The notes: generated by a model from the sequence alone, not told the origin. Shown: positions 19,351-28,754, numbered from the stretch's first letter. The stretch: 64,000 bases of DNA from Betaproteobacteria bacterium (GCA_031421635.1 JANOPA010000014.1:15424-79423); one strand, 5' to 3'. A program made the numbers and translations.

Positions 19351-20718
19351 TCAAGGAGTGGGTTTTTCATGGCCAAGAAGGCTAGGATCTAAAATAAGTG
19401 CGAATGCGGTCGCGGTGCGAAGCCGGTCAGCTCTTGCGCTGATGACTTCGATTTGCACGCTTCGAAGCGTTCGTTCGGCGTCGAGTACCTCCAGTACTGA
19501 GGCCGCACCTCGCTGGAATGAAAATTCGACGGCTTTGGAGTTTCTCACCGCCACGGGTAACGCCTGATCCTGTAACCGGACTTCGCGCTCCGTGGCGAGC
19601 CTCAAACCGTAGCGCAGGCGCACTTGATCTGACTGGATTTGAGACTCAAGCCTACGCGTGTCAAGTTCGGCCGAAATTTGATCGCTGCTCGCCCTTCGAA
19701 TATCGGCGGAATAGTCGTTAAAGATGAGTAAGGGAAACGATACCGAAACTCCCAAAAAGGCCCCCCCAGTGAAAGGCTGTTTTTCAACTTGCAGGCCGAC
19801 GCTAACATCTCGTGTACGCTGGGATTGGGCAAGCTCGACACCCGCCTGAGCGGCAGCTTCGCGCCGCTTTGCTGCCAGGAGTTCAGGTGTGCGCGGGTCG
19901 ACTGTTACAGAGGGTTCATCGGCATTGACGACAAGTTCGGCTACCGGAGGAGCGGGCAGGGTATTGACATCAATATTCTGCAAATCTTGCCCGGAAAGCC
20001 TGTTCGCTCCGAAGAGAAGTTTTAGTGCCTGCTCGGCGTCGAGCAAATCGCCCTGGGCGAGAGTGATATCGTTGAGTGCTCTAATGGCATCGGTACTCAC
20101 ACGATCTGCAGCCACTTCGGACAGGTCTCCGGCGCTGAGCCGCTTGCGTGCGATCGCGGCGGCTCGTTCCAGTGTTGCAGAAATTTCCCTTGAGGCCTTA
20201 AGCTTGAGGCGGGCGCTGTCCAAGTCTACAATGGAAGAGGCAAGTCGAGTCATTATCTGTCGCTCCGCGCGAAGTAACTCGAGTTGCGTCGATTCAAAAA
20301 GTGCGGTGCTTTGTTTTTGGCGAAGTCTAAGCTTCCCACCGCGCTCAATGGTTTGATCGATTCTTGCACTGACGTCCGTCGCATAGCCGAGTGGGCTACG
20401 ATTGAATTTCCACGAGGAGTCAGACAAGGTCAAGGTCGGATTGGGTTTAAGACCGGCACGTTCAAGATCGGCCTGGGCTGCCTCGGTTGATTGGCGCGCA
20501 ATTTGGATTTCGGGATTGCTCTTTCTGATCAATGCCCGCATGTTTTCCCAGGTGACCGATGTTCGAGGCTCTTCTGCTCGTACGATTGCCGACGTGCTTA
20601 AAACGAAGAATAGGGAGGCTTGAAGTAAGCCTCCAAGAAGCGTCGAGTAATAACGAAGCAAAGCTTCGCGCAAAGGTTCATGTGTCATGACCTCGAATTT
20701 AATGCTTAGTGATTGCAC
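19351..20718 (-). CDS. czcC: TolC-family outer membrane efflux protein, CzcC-like
   Basis: Two OEP-type repeats with coiled-coil character and a signal peptide 'LLGGLLQASLFFVLSTSAIVRA'. The start is ambiguous: GTG at 20718 or ATG at 20688. Confidence 0.8.
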   Translation of the reverse strand: MQSLSIKFEVMTHEPLREALLRYYSTLLGGLLQASLFFVLSTSAIVRAEEPRTSVTWENMRALIRKSNPEIQIARQSTEAAQADLERAGLKPNPTLTLSDSSWKFNRSPLGYATDVSARIDQTIERGGKLRLRQKQSTALFESTQLELLRAERQIMTRLASSIVDLDSARLKLKASREISATLERAAAIARKRLSAGDLSEVAADRVSTDAIRALNDITLAQGDLLDAEQALKLLFGANRLSGQDLQNIDVNTLPAPPVAELVVNADEPSVTVDPRTPELLAAKRREAAAQAGVELAQSQRTRDVSVGLQVEKQPFTGGAFLGVSVSFPLLIFNDYSADIRRASSDQISAELDTRRLESQIQSDQVRLRYGLRLATEREVRLQDQALPVAVRNSKAVEFSFQRGAASVLEVLDAERTLRSVQIEVISARADRLRTATAFALILDPSLLGHEKPTP

Positions 20719-20722
20719 GAAT

Positions 20723-20751
20723 CTGTCACGAATCTGTCATGAAACTGTCGA
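20723..20751 (+). promoter_or_regulatory. Three tandem 11-bp-phased CTGTCA repeats (Pho-box-like / OmpR-family regulator site)
   Basis: The sequence reads CTGTCAC-GAAT-CTGTCAT-GAAA-CTGTCGA. This fits the E. coli Pho box pattern (7-bp CTGTCAT repeats with 4-bp spacers). A -10-like TACTAT lies at 20765-20770 on the plus strand. The repeats sit immediately upstream of czcC on the other strand. Confidence 0.45.
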
Positions 20752-20816
20752 CTTATGCCGGTGCTACTATGACCTCAGCGATGAGAAATGACGAGTGGAA
20801 ATGACGGGTCAAATAA

Positions 20817-20939
20817 AAGCGCGGCCTCGTAGTCAATTGGATCGTGGGCACCTCAATTGGGGCGATCAATGGTGCGATCTTCGCTGGTAATAAGCCCGAG
20901 CATCGAGTCAAACAGCTCAGCGAATTTTCCCTTGGATGA
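20817..20939 (+). pseudogene. Remnant (~40 codons) of a patatin-like phospholipase
   Basis: 'VVNWIVGTSIGAINGAIFAGNKPEHRVKQLSEF' contains the patatin G-x-S-x-G nucleophile elbow (GTSIG) and the following helix. The upstream oxyanion GGG segment and everything downstream are absent. Confidence 0.5.
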
Positions 20940-21095
20940 GTTTGGATTTGCACGTGCCGCACGTTCCTACGGTACAGTTATGCGGATAGGCAACGCCGTG
21001 ATCCAAGGCTGCCTGGAAAAGCGTTTGGCCCGCCTGTAAGGCGATGGTGCGAGCCTCCGGTTCAATGCGCAGGGATTGCGCAAGATCGCCAGCCA
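20917..21095 (-). pseudogene. Remnant of a plant-type 2Fe-2S ferredoxin domain
   Basis: The minus-strand frame reads 'SLRIEPEARTIALQAGQTLFQAALDHGVAYPHNCTVGTCGTCKSKLIQGKIR*'. This carries the C-x4-C-x2-C cluster motif and the preceding beta-grasp segment. It is truncated right after the motif, where it meets the patatin remnant. Confidence 0.5.
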
Positions 21096-21437
21096 CAACA
21101 TATGCTGAATCGACCAGCGTCCCAGCCCGCGTTTTTCAAGCGCATCGCTATTGAGTCTTTGAGCATGGATGGACGTTTCCCAGACCGCGCGCGGCGCGAA
21201 GTTATAGAGGGTGAGACCGCGAGCGTGGTATAGCTCGTGCGCAGCAGGGATGAGCGGCAACACCGAAAGCCAAGCACAGCTACGGCCAGCGCCTAGCATT
21301 TGCCAACCACTAAGAGAGTGGTGTGCCACCCCCCAAGCCATCGCAAAGTAGGTCATCGGACCCAGTACTGTCGATATCCAAACCGGAATATTGGCAAACG
21401 CCTGATTCTTGATGGTTCGCGTCGAGAGATCGCGCGC
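21096..21437 (-). pseudogene. Remnant of an AlkB-like membrane di-iron hydroxylase/desaturase
   Basis: 'LIPAAHELYHARG' is a His-box-1-like motif. It is followed directly by 'LYNFAPRAVWETSIHAQRLNSDALEKRGLGRWSIQHML'. Compare P. putida AlkB 'SIYKFSIREIPGAFIRAWGLEEQRLSRRGQSVWSFDNEIL'. The ~40 aa between these blocks, including His box 2, are deleted, and the C-terminal half is absent. Confidence 0.45.
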
Positions 21438-23469
21438 TCAATCGCAATCGCGATTTGACGTGCAGGCGTTTCCAACTGCTGAATCTGCTCTGGGATGAGC
21501 AGCCAGCGCGGCTGGGCGGGCTGGAGCGCGAGCACGCCCCGAATACGAATCGGGGCCTGCAAAGGAACGTAGTGCCAAGCATGAGCGGGCAAAGTAGATG
21601 TTGCAAGGCCCGCACGCTGGCCATGGCGATAGGCCCAGTCAACAATGCCGGTATCAATCGAGTCGGGCAAATTGTCACCAAAAACCAATTTGTCGGTGGC
21701 ATCAGGCAGCAACGCTATGGCTTGACCACCAAAAGTACGATCGACCGCCGCTTTGCCGAGGTCCACGATTTGGACGGCTTGAAGAGCCGCCGATAAGTCT
21801 CGAGTTAATTCGAATAGGCCTCGTGCACGTCGTTCCCGACTGGCGGAGATGCGAGCTGAAAAACGTAGACGTGCGGTGAGTTGACCAATCAGTAAACTCA
21901 CAAACAACATCACGGCAAAGGTCACAAGGTATTGCACGTCATTGACGGCAAAAGAAAACCGGGGGGCTACAAAGAAAAAGTCGAATGAGGCCACGCCGCA
22001 CACGGCTGCAAGCATCGTCGGCCCGCGTCCGAGTTTTAGTGCCACCATAACCACATAAAGCAGAAATAGCATCACGATGTTTGCGATGTCCAGCAGTGGA
22101 TGCAGTGGGAGTACCAGGAGCGTCGTCGCAACGCAACTCGCCGCTGCCAAGGCGTAGCGCTGCCAACCGAAGCGCCCCTCCGGTAAACGTGAAAGCGATG
22201 CCTCACCTTCTTGATGATTACGAGGCACCATCTGGGGAAGTTGACGCGTGCTCGCGGCAATGCCTACTTCAATAATATCGAGAGAGGGTGCTAATTCGGC
22301 CAATTGGCGAGTGATGGTTGGTTGAATCAAGCGCCGCAGCGCTTGCCAGCGCCGCGCACGAGGACGGCCCGTGACCAAGGTAGCGCAATTCAGCGCCTGA
22401 GCCTGTCGAAGGAGTTCGACCGCAATGTTGTCAGCCGACACTACGGCCGTGCTTGCGCCAAGTTCTTCGGCTAACTTAAGTACGCTTAAAGTGCGGTCGC
22501 GCACCGCCGAAGGTAAGCGCTGAAGTGCGGGGGTTTCTACATAAATTGCATGCCAATTGACGTTAAGTTGCGAAGCCAGGCGGGCACTACTGCGCACCGC
22601 ATGTTCGGCCCCATCGTGGGGGCCAACACAGACGAGGAAGGCACCCGAGGTGCTCCATGCTATCGCAGCACTGGCCGCGCCTTGTGACTGCTTATTGCGG
22701 TAACTGCGTACATCGCCTTCCACATGCTCGGCAGTACGGCGCAGCGCAATCTCGCGAAGCGCAATCAGATTGCCTTTTCGAAAAAATTCTGGGCAGCACG
22801 CTCGGCCATCAGGGGAAGGTAGATTTTCCCGGCCTTGAGGCGTGCCAATAACTGGTCTGGCGTAATGTCTACCAGGATGATTTCATCGGCGCGTTCCAAT
22901 ACCTTGTCCGGTATGGTTTCTTGCACGCGAATTCCGGTAATCGCCCCTACTGTGGCGTTAAGGCTTTCTAGATGCTGAACAATGAGAGCACTCCATACCT
23001 CGGTACCGGCGGCCAGTAGTTCTTGCACATCTTGCCATCGCTTTGGGTGGCGCGAACCTTTGGCATTACTGTGTGCAAGTTCGTCAACCAGCAAAACGTC
23101 CGGGTGGGCCGCCAAGGCTCCGTCCAGATCGAACTCCAAACGGCTACCAACCGAGGAGGGCAAGGCACGCAGCGGTAATTGCTTGAGACCCGACAGGAGT
23201 TCCGCGGTTTCGATACGACCATGTGTTTCGATTACGCCGACCAGGATCTCCCGGCCAGCCCGCGCAGCGCGTTGTGCGGCATCTAACATAGCGTAAGTCT
23301 TCCCGACTCCCGCCCCAGCACCGAAGTAAATTATTACCTTGCCCCTGCGAAGTATGCCGCTGGACAATTCGCCGATACTTAGCTCGCTAACCTTTGGCCG
23401 AACCGACTCATCGCTCAATTGGGCAAGCAACTGGTCGGGGTCGGGCCGGGAGTCCTGCCTGCTCGCCAA
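21353..23469 (-). pseudogene. kdpD: Sensor kinase KdpD, frameshifted and 3'-truncated (no kinase core)
   Basis: The N-terminal KdpD domain with P-loop 'GAGAGVGKTYAML' lies in 22765-23469. A frameshift occurs near the T6/A6 run at 22781-22786: 'NFFEKAI*' against the expected 'NFFRKGNLIALREIALRR', which is readable in the next frame. Usp, DUF4118 TM and GAF-like parts lie in 21353-22723. The ORF ends right after '...ARQIAIAIERA', so the HisKA and HATPase domains (~250 aa) are missing. No kdpE follows. Confidence 0.85.
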
Positions 23470-23495
23470 GAGTGAGAGCCTTTCAGAGGATATCG

Positions 23496-24158
23496 TTATC
23501 GACGCGCAAGAGTAGCACTACGGGGAGTAGGAATGTAGGAGTAGCAGTACCGGGTTGGCGGGCGAAGCGTCGCCAAGGCAAGATTGAGCTTGAGCACATT
23601 GATCTGACGTTCACCGATAAAATTGAGGAGCGGCTCTTCCGTCGGCGAGTCCACCAAGTTCTGAACCGTATCGGCAGCCAGGCCGCGAGCTTTGGCGACC
23701 CTGGCTACTTGGTAGCGTGCCGCAGCAGGGCTAATGTGAGGATCGAGACCACTGGCGGAAGACGTCACTAGGTCGACTGGAACAGGTGCCTTATTGCCAG
23801 AATCGGCGCTACGCAAGGCCTCGATCCGCCCTTTTATAGAGTCGATGAGCGCAGGGTTCAATGGACCAAGGTTCGAGCCACTTGAGGCGCTCGCGTTGTA
23901 AGGCATAGGCGCGGTGGCCGAGGGTCGTCCCCAAAAATGTCCTGGGTCCACAAACTGCTGTCCGATCAGCGTCGAGCCGACCGCTTGTCCTTCGCGAAAA
24001 ATTAGGCTGCCACTCGCCTGCACGGGAAATATCGCCTTCGCGAAGCTGGTTACGACCAGTGGGTATGCGAGACCGGTCACAAGAGTGAGTACGAAGAAAA
24101 GCACCAGTGCTGGCCTTAAAAAGGTGTTCATAGCGGTTTTCATTTCAGTTCCATTCAA
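23496..24158 (-). CDS. kdpC: Potassium-transporting ATPase subunit C
   Basis: N-terminal TM '[23 protein letters not shown]'. Conserved 'ASGSLIF', 'FWGRPSA', 'SSGSNLGP' and '[17 protein letters not shown]' blocks. It appears intact. The start is ambiguous (24158 or 24143), and the C-terminus is ~20 aa longer than usual. Confidence 0.85.
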   Translation of the reverse strand: MNGTEMKTAMNTFLRPALVLFFVLTLVTGLAYPLVVTSFAKAIFPVQASGSLIFREGQAVGSTLIGQQFVDPGHFWGRPSATAPMPYNASASSGSNLGPLNPALIDSIKGRIEALRSADSGNKAPVPVDLVTSSASGLDPHISPAAARYQVARVAKARGLAADTVQNLVDSPTEEPLLNFIGERQINVLKLNLALATLRPPTRYCYSYIPTPRSATLARR

Positions 24159-24180
24159 AGTCTTAAAAATAGTGCTTGGC

Positions 24181-26178
24181 TTAGGCTAGATGCAAGGCCA
24201 CCAGCACCAGGTCGATGGCTTTAATCCCAAAGAAGGGCACGATTAATCCCCCCAACCCATAGATCAACATATTGCGACGAAGCAGCGCCGCGGCACCAAT
24301 AGCGCGGTACTTGACGCCCTTGAGCGCTAAAGGAATCAAAAAAACAATGATCAAGGCATTAAAAATTACGGCCGACAAAATCGCTAAAGATGGACTGCCC
24401 AGTTGCATAACGTCAAGTGCGGCCAACTGCGGATAGGTGGTTACAAAAATTGCGGGGATGATGGCGAAATACTTGGCGACATCGTTGGCAATTGAAAACG
24501 TGGTGAGCGAGCCGCGTGTCATCAGTAGGGCCTTCCCGGTCTCCACAATTTCTAGCAGTTTGGTGGGGTTTGAGTCTAGGTCCACCATATTGCCGGCTTC
24601 CTTGGACGCCTGCGTGCCGCTATTCATGGCTACGGCTACGTCGGCCTGTGCAAGTGCCGGAGCATCATTGGTGCCATCTCCGGTCATAGCGACAAGGCGA
24701 CCTTCTGCCTGGTACTTACGAATGAGCTTGAGCTTATCTTCAGGCGTGGCCTCAGCTCTACTAGGCCGAGCACGGTGAGGTCACTCGCGACGGCCAGGGG
24801 AGTACTTCCGCGACGTGCTATTTCGTCGGCCGCACGTAGGACTTCGGGAGGCATCACACCACCTAGTGCTTCGACGTGTCTTCTAATTGCATCAACCGCA
24901 CCCTTACGCAATTTTAAAACGCGACCGTCCAGCTGTTGTCGGTCGATACCACTCATACGGGTTTGGGCAGTGAATGCAATCTCGGTAATGGATCCACAGG
25001 AATTCCCAGGCCCTGCTAGCGGCTGAGTAAAGCCCATCTTCTCTGCGAGTACGATGATGCTGCGTCCCTCGGGCGTTTCGTCGGCCTGTGAAGCTTGCAT
25101 GACGCAAACACCCAGTTGACGCTCGCTCACTCCAGGTGCCGGAAAGAAAGCGCTGGCCTGACGGTTTCCATGAGTGATGGTACCGGTCTTGTCTAGCAAC
25201 AGGACATCGACATCGCTAGCGGCTTCGACTGCGCGACCTGAAGTTGCGATCACATTGGCTTGCATCATTCGACTCATGCCCGCCACCCCATCCGCAGAAA
25301 GCAGGCCTCCGATGGTTGTAGGAATCAGGCACACCAGTAAGGCAACAAGTGCTGTGAGACTCACGGCCGTGCCAGCCTTGGCCGCTTCCACACTGAACAG
25401 CGAGTACGGTAGGAGGGTCACGGTGACCATCAGGAATACGATAGTGAGTGCGACCAGCAAAATAGTTAGTGCAATTTCATTCGGCGTCTTTTGGCGTTTG
25501 GTGCCCTCGACCGTACTAATCATGCGATCAAGAAACGATTCGCCGGGATTCACGGTAATACGTACGACCAGCCAGTCGGACAGCACCTGGGTACCACCGG
25601 TCACGGACGAGAAATCCCCGCCCGACTCACGTACAACAGGCGCGGATTCACCCGTGATGGCGCTCTCGTTCACCGAGGCCACACCTTCAATCACTTCGCC
25701 ATCCAGTGGAATCATGTCGCCTGCATTAACGAGGCACACATCCCCTTTACGCAAGTTGAGCGCCTCTTCAGGTAACCAAGTTCTTCCGTAAAAAATATCT
25801 TCTGTAGCGGATATAAATTTTTTTGCCCAGGTGCTTTTTCAAACTGCGAAGCGACTCGGCTTGGGCCTTGCTACGGCCTTCTGCCAAGGCTTCCGCGAAG
25901 TTTGCGAACAACACTGTGAACCAGAGCCAGGTCGCTATGGCAACGATGAAGCCGAAGGGAGCATCCCCGACGCCTTGGAAAGCTTGTACGGCCAGTACAG
26001 TCGTCAAAATGCTACCGATGTAGACCACAAACATGACGGGGTTACGCCACTGGACACTTGGGCTCAGCTTGCGAAATGATGCCTTAATGGCGGGCTTGAG
26101 GAGCACCGGGTCAAAGATCGAAAGAAAAGTTTTTGTTTGCATTGTATTCACCTCAAAAGTTCCGATGTTTGATGACAT
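24181..26178 (-). pseudogene. kdpB: P-type ATPase subunit KdpB, split into three ORFs
   Basis: There are three fragments: 25768-26178, 24684-25754 and 24181-24687. Lesion 1 is a 1-nt frameshift at the A5 run (plus-strand T5 at 25835-25839), between 'ESLRSLKK' and '[13 protein letters not shown]...[13 protein letters not shown]'. Lesion 2, near 24754, is a deletion of ~48 codons plus a frameshift. It removes the 'KDIVK...TGDN...' segment just before '[39 protein letters not shown]'. Confidence 0.9.
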
Positions 26179-26181
26179 GCT

Positions 26182-27981
26182 TCAATGCCCAACCCAAAGC
26201 ATCAGATGCTCAACCATTGGGCCTAGAGCTAGCCCTGGTACGTAGTTAAGTAAACCCACCAATAGCACGGTGCCGATGAGCAAAACGACAAATAGCGGGC
26301 CATGGGTAGGCATCGTGCCTGCAGTCAAAGGTAGGCGGCTTTTGGCGGCCAATGCCCCGGCAATTGCCAGCACCGGCAAGATGACGCCGAAGCGACCAAA
26401 CCAGATCGTCAAAGCCAACATCCAGTTGTAAAATGGGGTATTGGCCGATAGCCCCGCAAATGCGCTGCCGTTGGTGTTGGCCGCGGAGCTAAAGGCATAG
26501 AAAATTTCGGAAAAGCCGTGCGCACCCGGATTGCTGATCCCGGCTTTGCCGTCGGCGGCTATGACTGCAATCGCCGTGCCCAGCAAGACCAGAATCGGGC
26601 TGACCAAAATCGCAATTGAGGTCAGTTTCATTTCATGGGCTTCAATCTTTTTACCCAAATACTCCGGCGTCCGACCGATCATTAGTCCGGCGATAAACAC
26701 GGTGAGAATGGCAAAAAGGAGCATGCCGTAAAGGCCGCTGCCTGTGTCTCCAAAAACCACTTCACCGAGCTGAATCATCACCATGGGTACCATGCCACCA
26801 ATTGGTGTGAAGGAGTCGTGCATGGCGTTCACCGCGCCGCACGAAGCTGCCGTGGTGATCACGGCAAACAAGCTTGAGGCGGTGATGCCGTAACGCACTT
26901 CCTTGCCTTCCATATTCCCGCCGACCTGCATGACGCTCTCGGTCTGATCTACCCCAAGGGTGCTGAGCAGCGGATTGCCGCTTTGTTCGGCTGGTGTAAT
27001 GACCGTTACGGCGATCACAAACATCACGACCATGGCAGCGAGCACCGCCCACCCCTGGCGCTGATCACCAACCAAGCGCCCGAAGGCAAAGCATAAGGCG
27101 CAGGGGATGAGAAATATGGCGAGCATTTGCAATAAATTACTGAGCGCCGTCGGATTCTCGTAAGGGTGGGCCGAGTTGGCGTTGAAGAAGCCGCCGCCAT
27201 TGGTGCCAATCATCTTAATGGCCTCTTGAGAAGCCACTGGTCCCATGGCCAAAGTCTGCTTTTCGGCTTTCAGATCTTCCATGACCGGTGGGCCCTGCGC
27301 GTCTTTAAGCGCTTGCCCGTCAGTGCCATTTTTTGGCTGTTGGTAACTAGTAACTTCCAAGGTGTTCACTTATCGGTACGGGTCGAAGTTTTGAATGACG
27401 CCCTGTCCGACAAGGAAGACGGCCAATAGCACTGATAGCGGCATCAGTAGCCAAGCGATGATACGGGTAACGTCCACCCAAAAATTACCCACCACGCGTG
27501 TGGATTGAGCAGCAAAACCACGGATAAGTGCAAAGGCGACGGCGATCCCGGTGGCAGCGGAAAAATAGTTCTGAACAGTAAGTGCCAGCATTTGCGTTAA
27601 ATAACTCATGGTGGATTCACCGGCGTAGCCTTGCCAATTGGTGTTGGTCACAAAACTGATTGCCGTGTTGAACGCCGAGTGCGGCGAGACCGGTGCCATG
27701 CCCGCTGGGTTCAGTGGTAGCCAGGTTTGCAGACGCTGCATGCCATAGACCACGAACACACCAATAGCATTGAAAGCTAGTACGGCTAATGCATACTGCG
27801 ACCATGACATCGAGTGGTCAGACGAAGTGCCAGCCAAGCTGAATAATAGTCGCTCTGTCCTCCGCATCCAGTTCGGAAGTTGACCCGAACTTAGACGGGC
27901 CAGCCAAGCACCCAGCGGCCAAGCAACGATGCCCAATAGAGCGAGATAGACGGCCAGCAAAGCCCATGACTTAATACTCAT
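26182..27981 (-). pseudogene. kdpA: Potassium-transporting ATPase subunit A with in-frame nonsense codon
   Basis: ORFs 27370-27981 and 26182-27369 are in the same frame, separated only by a TAA at 27370-27372 ('[16 protein letters not shown]'). Compare E. coli 'NFLPYQAVNTVEG'. The sequence is otherwise collinear with KdpA. Confidence 0.9.
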
Positions 27982-28079
27982 CAGAACTCCTCAGCGCGAA
28001 TCAGCGCATAAGCTAAGTAAGCGAATAAAATGAGGGCGCACATACCCGCAAAACCGTAAAGCACGGCGAGGTTGTTCAT
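27981..28079 (-). CDS. kdpF: Potassium-transporting ATPase subunit F (32 aa)
   Basis: Not in the ORF track because it is under 60 aa. It translates to 'MNNLAVLYGFAGMCALILFAYLAYALIRAEEF', matching the KdpF signature 'YL.YALI.AE.F'. Its stop overlaps the kdpA ATG (ATGA). Confidence 0.7.
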   Translation of the reverse strand: MNNLAVLYGFAGMCALILFAYLAYALIRAEEF

Positions 28080-28180
28080 GATCGGGCTGCGCTTGTTTTT
28101 TCGAGGTTGTTAAACCCAAAGGTCAGCAAAACCAATACTGTCCACAGCCCTGCAATTGCGGCGAGATACACGGCATCCAT
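28076..28180 (-). CDS. Small hydrophobic peptide (34 aa) upstream of kdpF
   Basis: 'MDAVYLAAIAGLWTVLVLLTFGFNNLEKTSAARS'. Strong SD (GAAGGAGTTATTCATG). The stop overlaps the kdpF ATG (ATGA). Function is unknown and it is not in the ORF track. Confidence 0.4.
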   Translation of the reverse strand: MDAVYLAAIAGLWTVLVLLTFGFNNLEKTSAARS

Positions 28181-28258
28181 GAATAACTCCTTCGTCAAAT
28201 GAATGACCAAAGTTTGCTGGACACCGTGTAAAAACGGGGATGAGATTGAGCAACGGGT

Positions 28259-28281
28259 TGTAAAGAGAGTGTAAAAACGGG
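28259..28281 (-). promoter_or_regulatory. KdpE-box-like direct repeat upstream of the kdp operon
   Basis: The minus strand reads CCCGTTTTTACA-CTCTC-TTTACAACCCG: two TTTACA half-sites with a 5-bp spacer. The E. coli KdpE site, as I recall it, is TTTATA-N5-TTTACA. It lies ~80-100 nt upstream of the first small ORF. A third TTTTTACA copy is at 28227-28234. Confidence 0.45.
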
Positions 28282-28754
28282 CGGCGGGTCACTAAGTCCT
28301 TCGCTGGCTGTAGGGACGCCGAGGATGTCGACCTACGTTTGCTCGTCAGGTTCGCCATCCGGCGATGCAAAGCACCAGAATGGGCCGCCTAGCTGAGCAA
28401 GCGGAAAATGCACAGTCCAAAGTCGATGAATATTTGACGACTATTAATCCAGAAGTTGTTCGCGAGGGACCGTGCAAAGGCTGGCGCTTGGACCGAGCTC
28501 GCGCTTTGGATACTAATAATCCGATCTTTGGGACCTGGCCATTATCAGAATGGGAGGACGAAGCAAGCACACTGTTAGAGTCGAAAAGCTCGGAAACTCC
28601 GTCCGCCGCGATGGCACTTAGCGACAAGACCGGCTCGGCCTTGTTACTTGACGTACCTGCATTCGACCTTCCAAGAGTCAGATTCAACGACAAGTTCTGA
28701 TTGCCTGCACTTTAGTAACCTCAAAGTGTCTGAAGAAGCAGAAATAAGACTGCA

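Noticed and set aside
20967-21356. HELYH in the 129-aa ORF read as an HExxH zinc-metalloprotease motif.
   Set aside because: The flanking sequence is hydrophobic and membrane-like. The downstream segment aligns with AlkB-type hydroxylases, so the motif is better explained as desaturase/hydroxylase His box 1.
28365-28700. 111-aa plus-strand ORF between the kdp promoter and the SnoaL-like gene.
   Set aside because: The composition is protein-like, but there is no Shine-Dalgarno, I recognise no family motif, and an equally long antisense ORF (28346-28693) overlaps it. It may be a real orphan or another gene stub. The evidence is not enough to call it.
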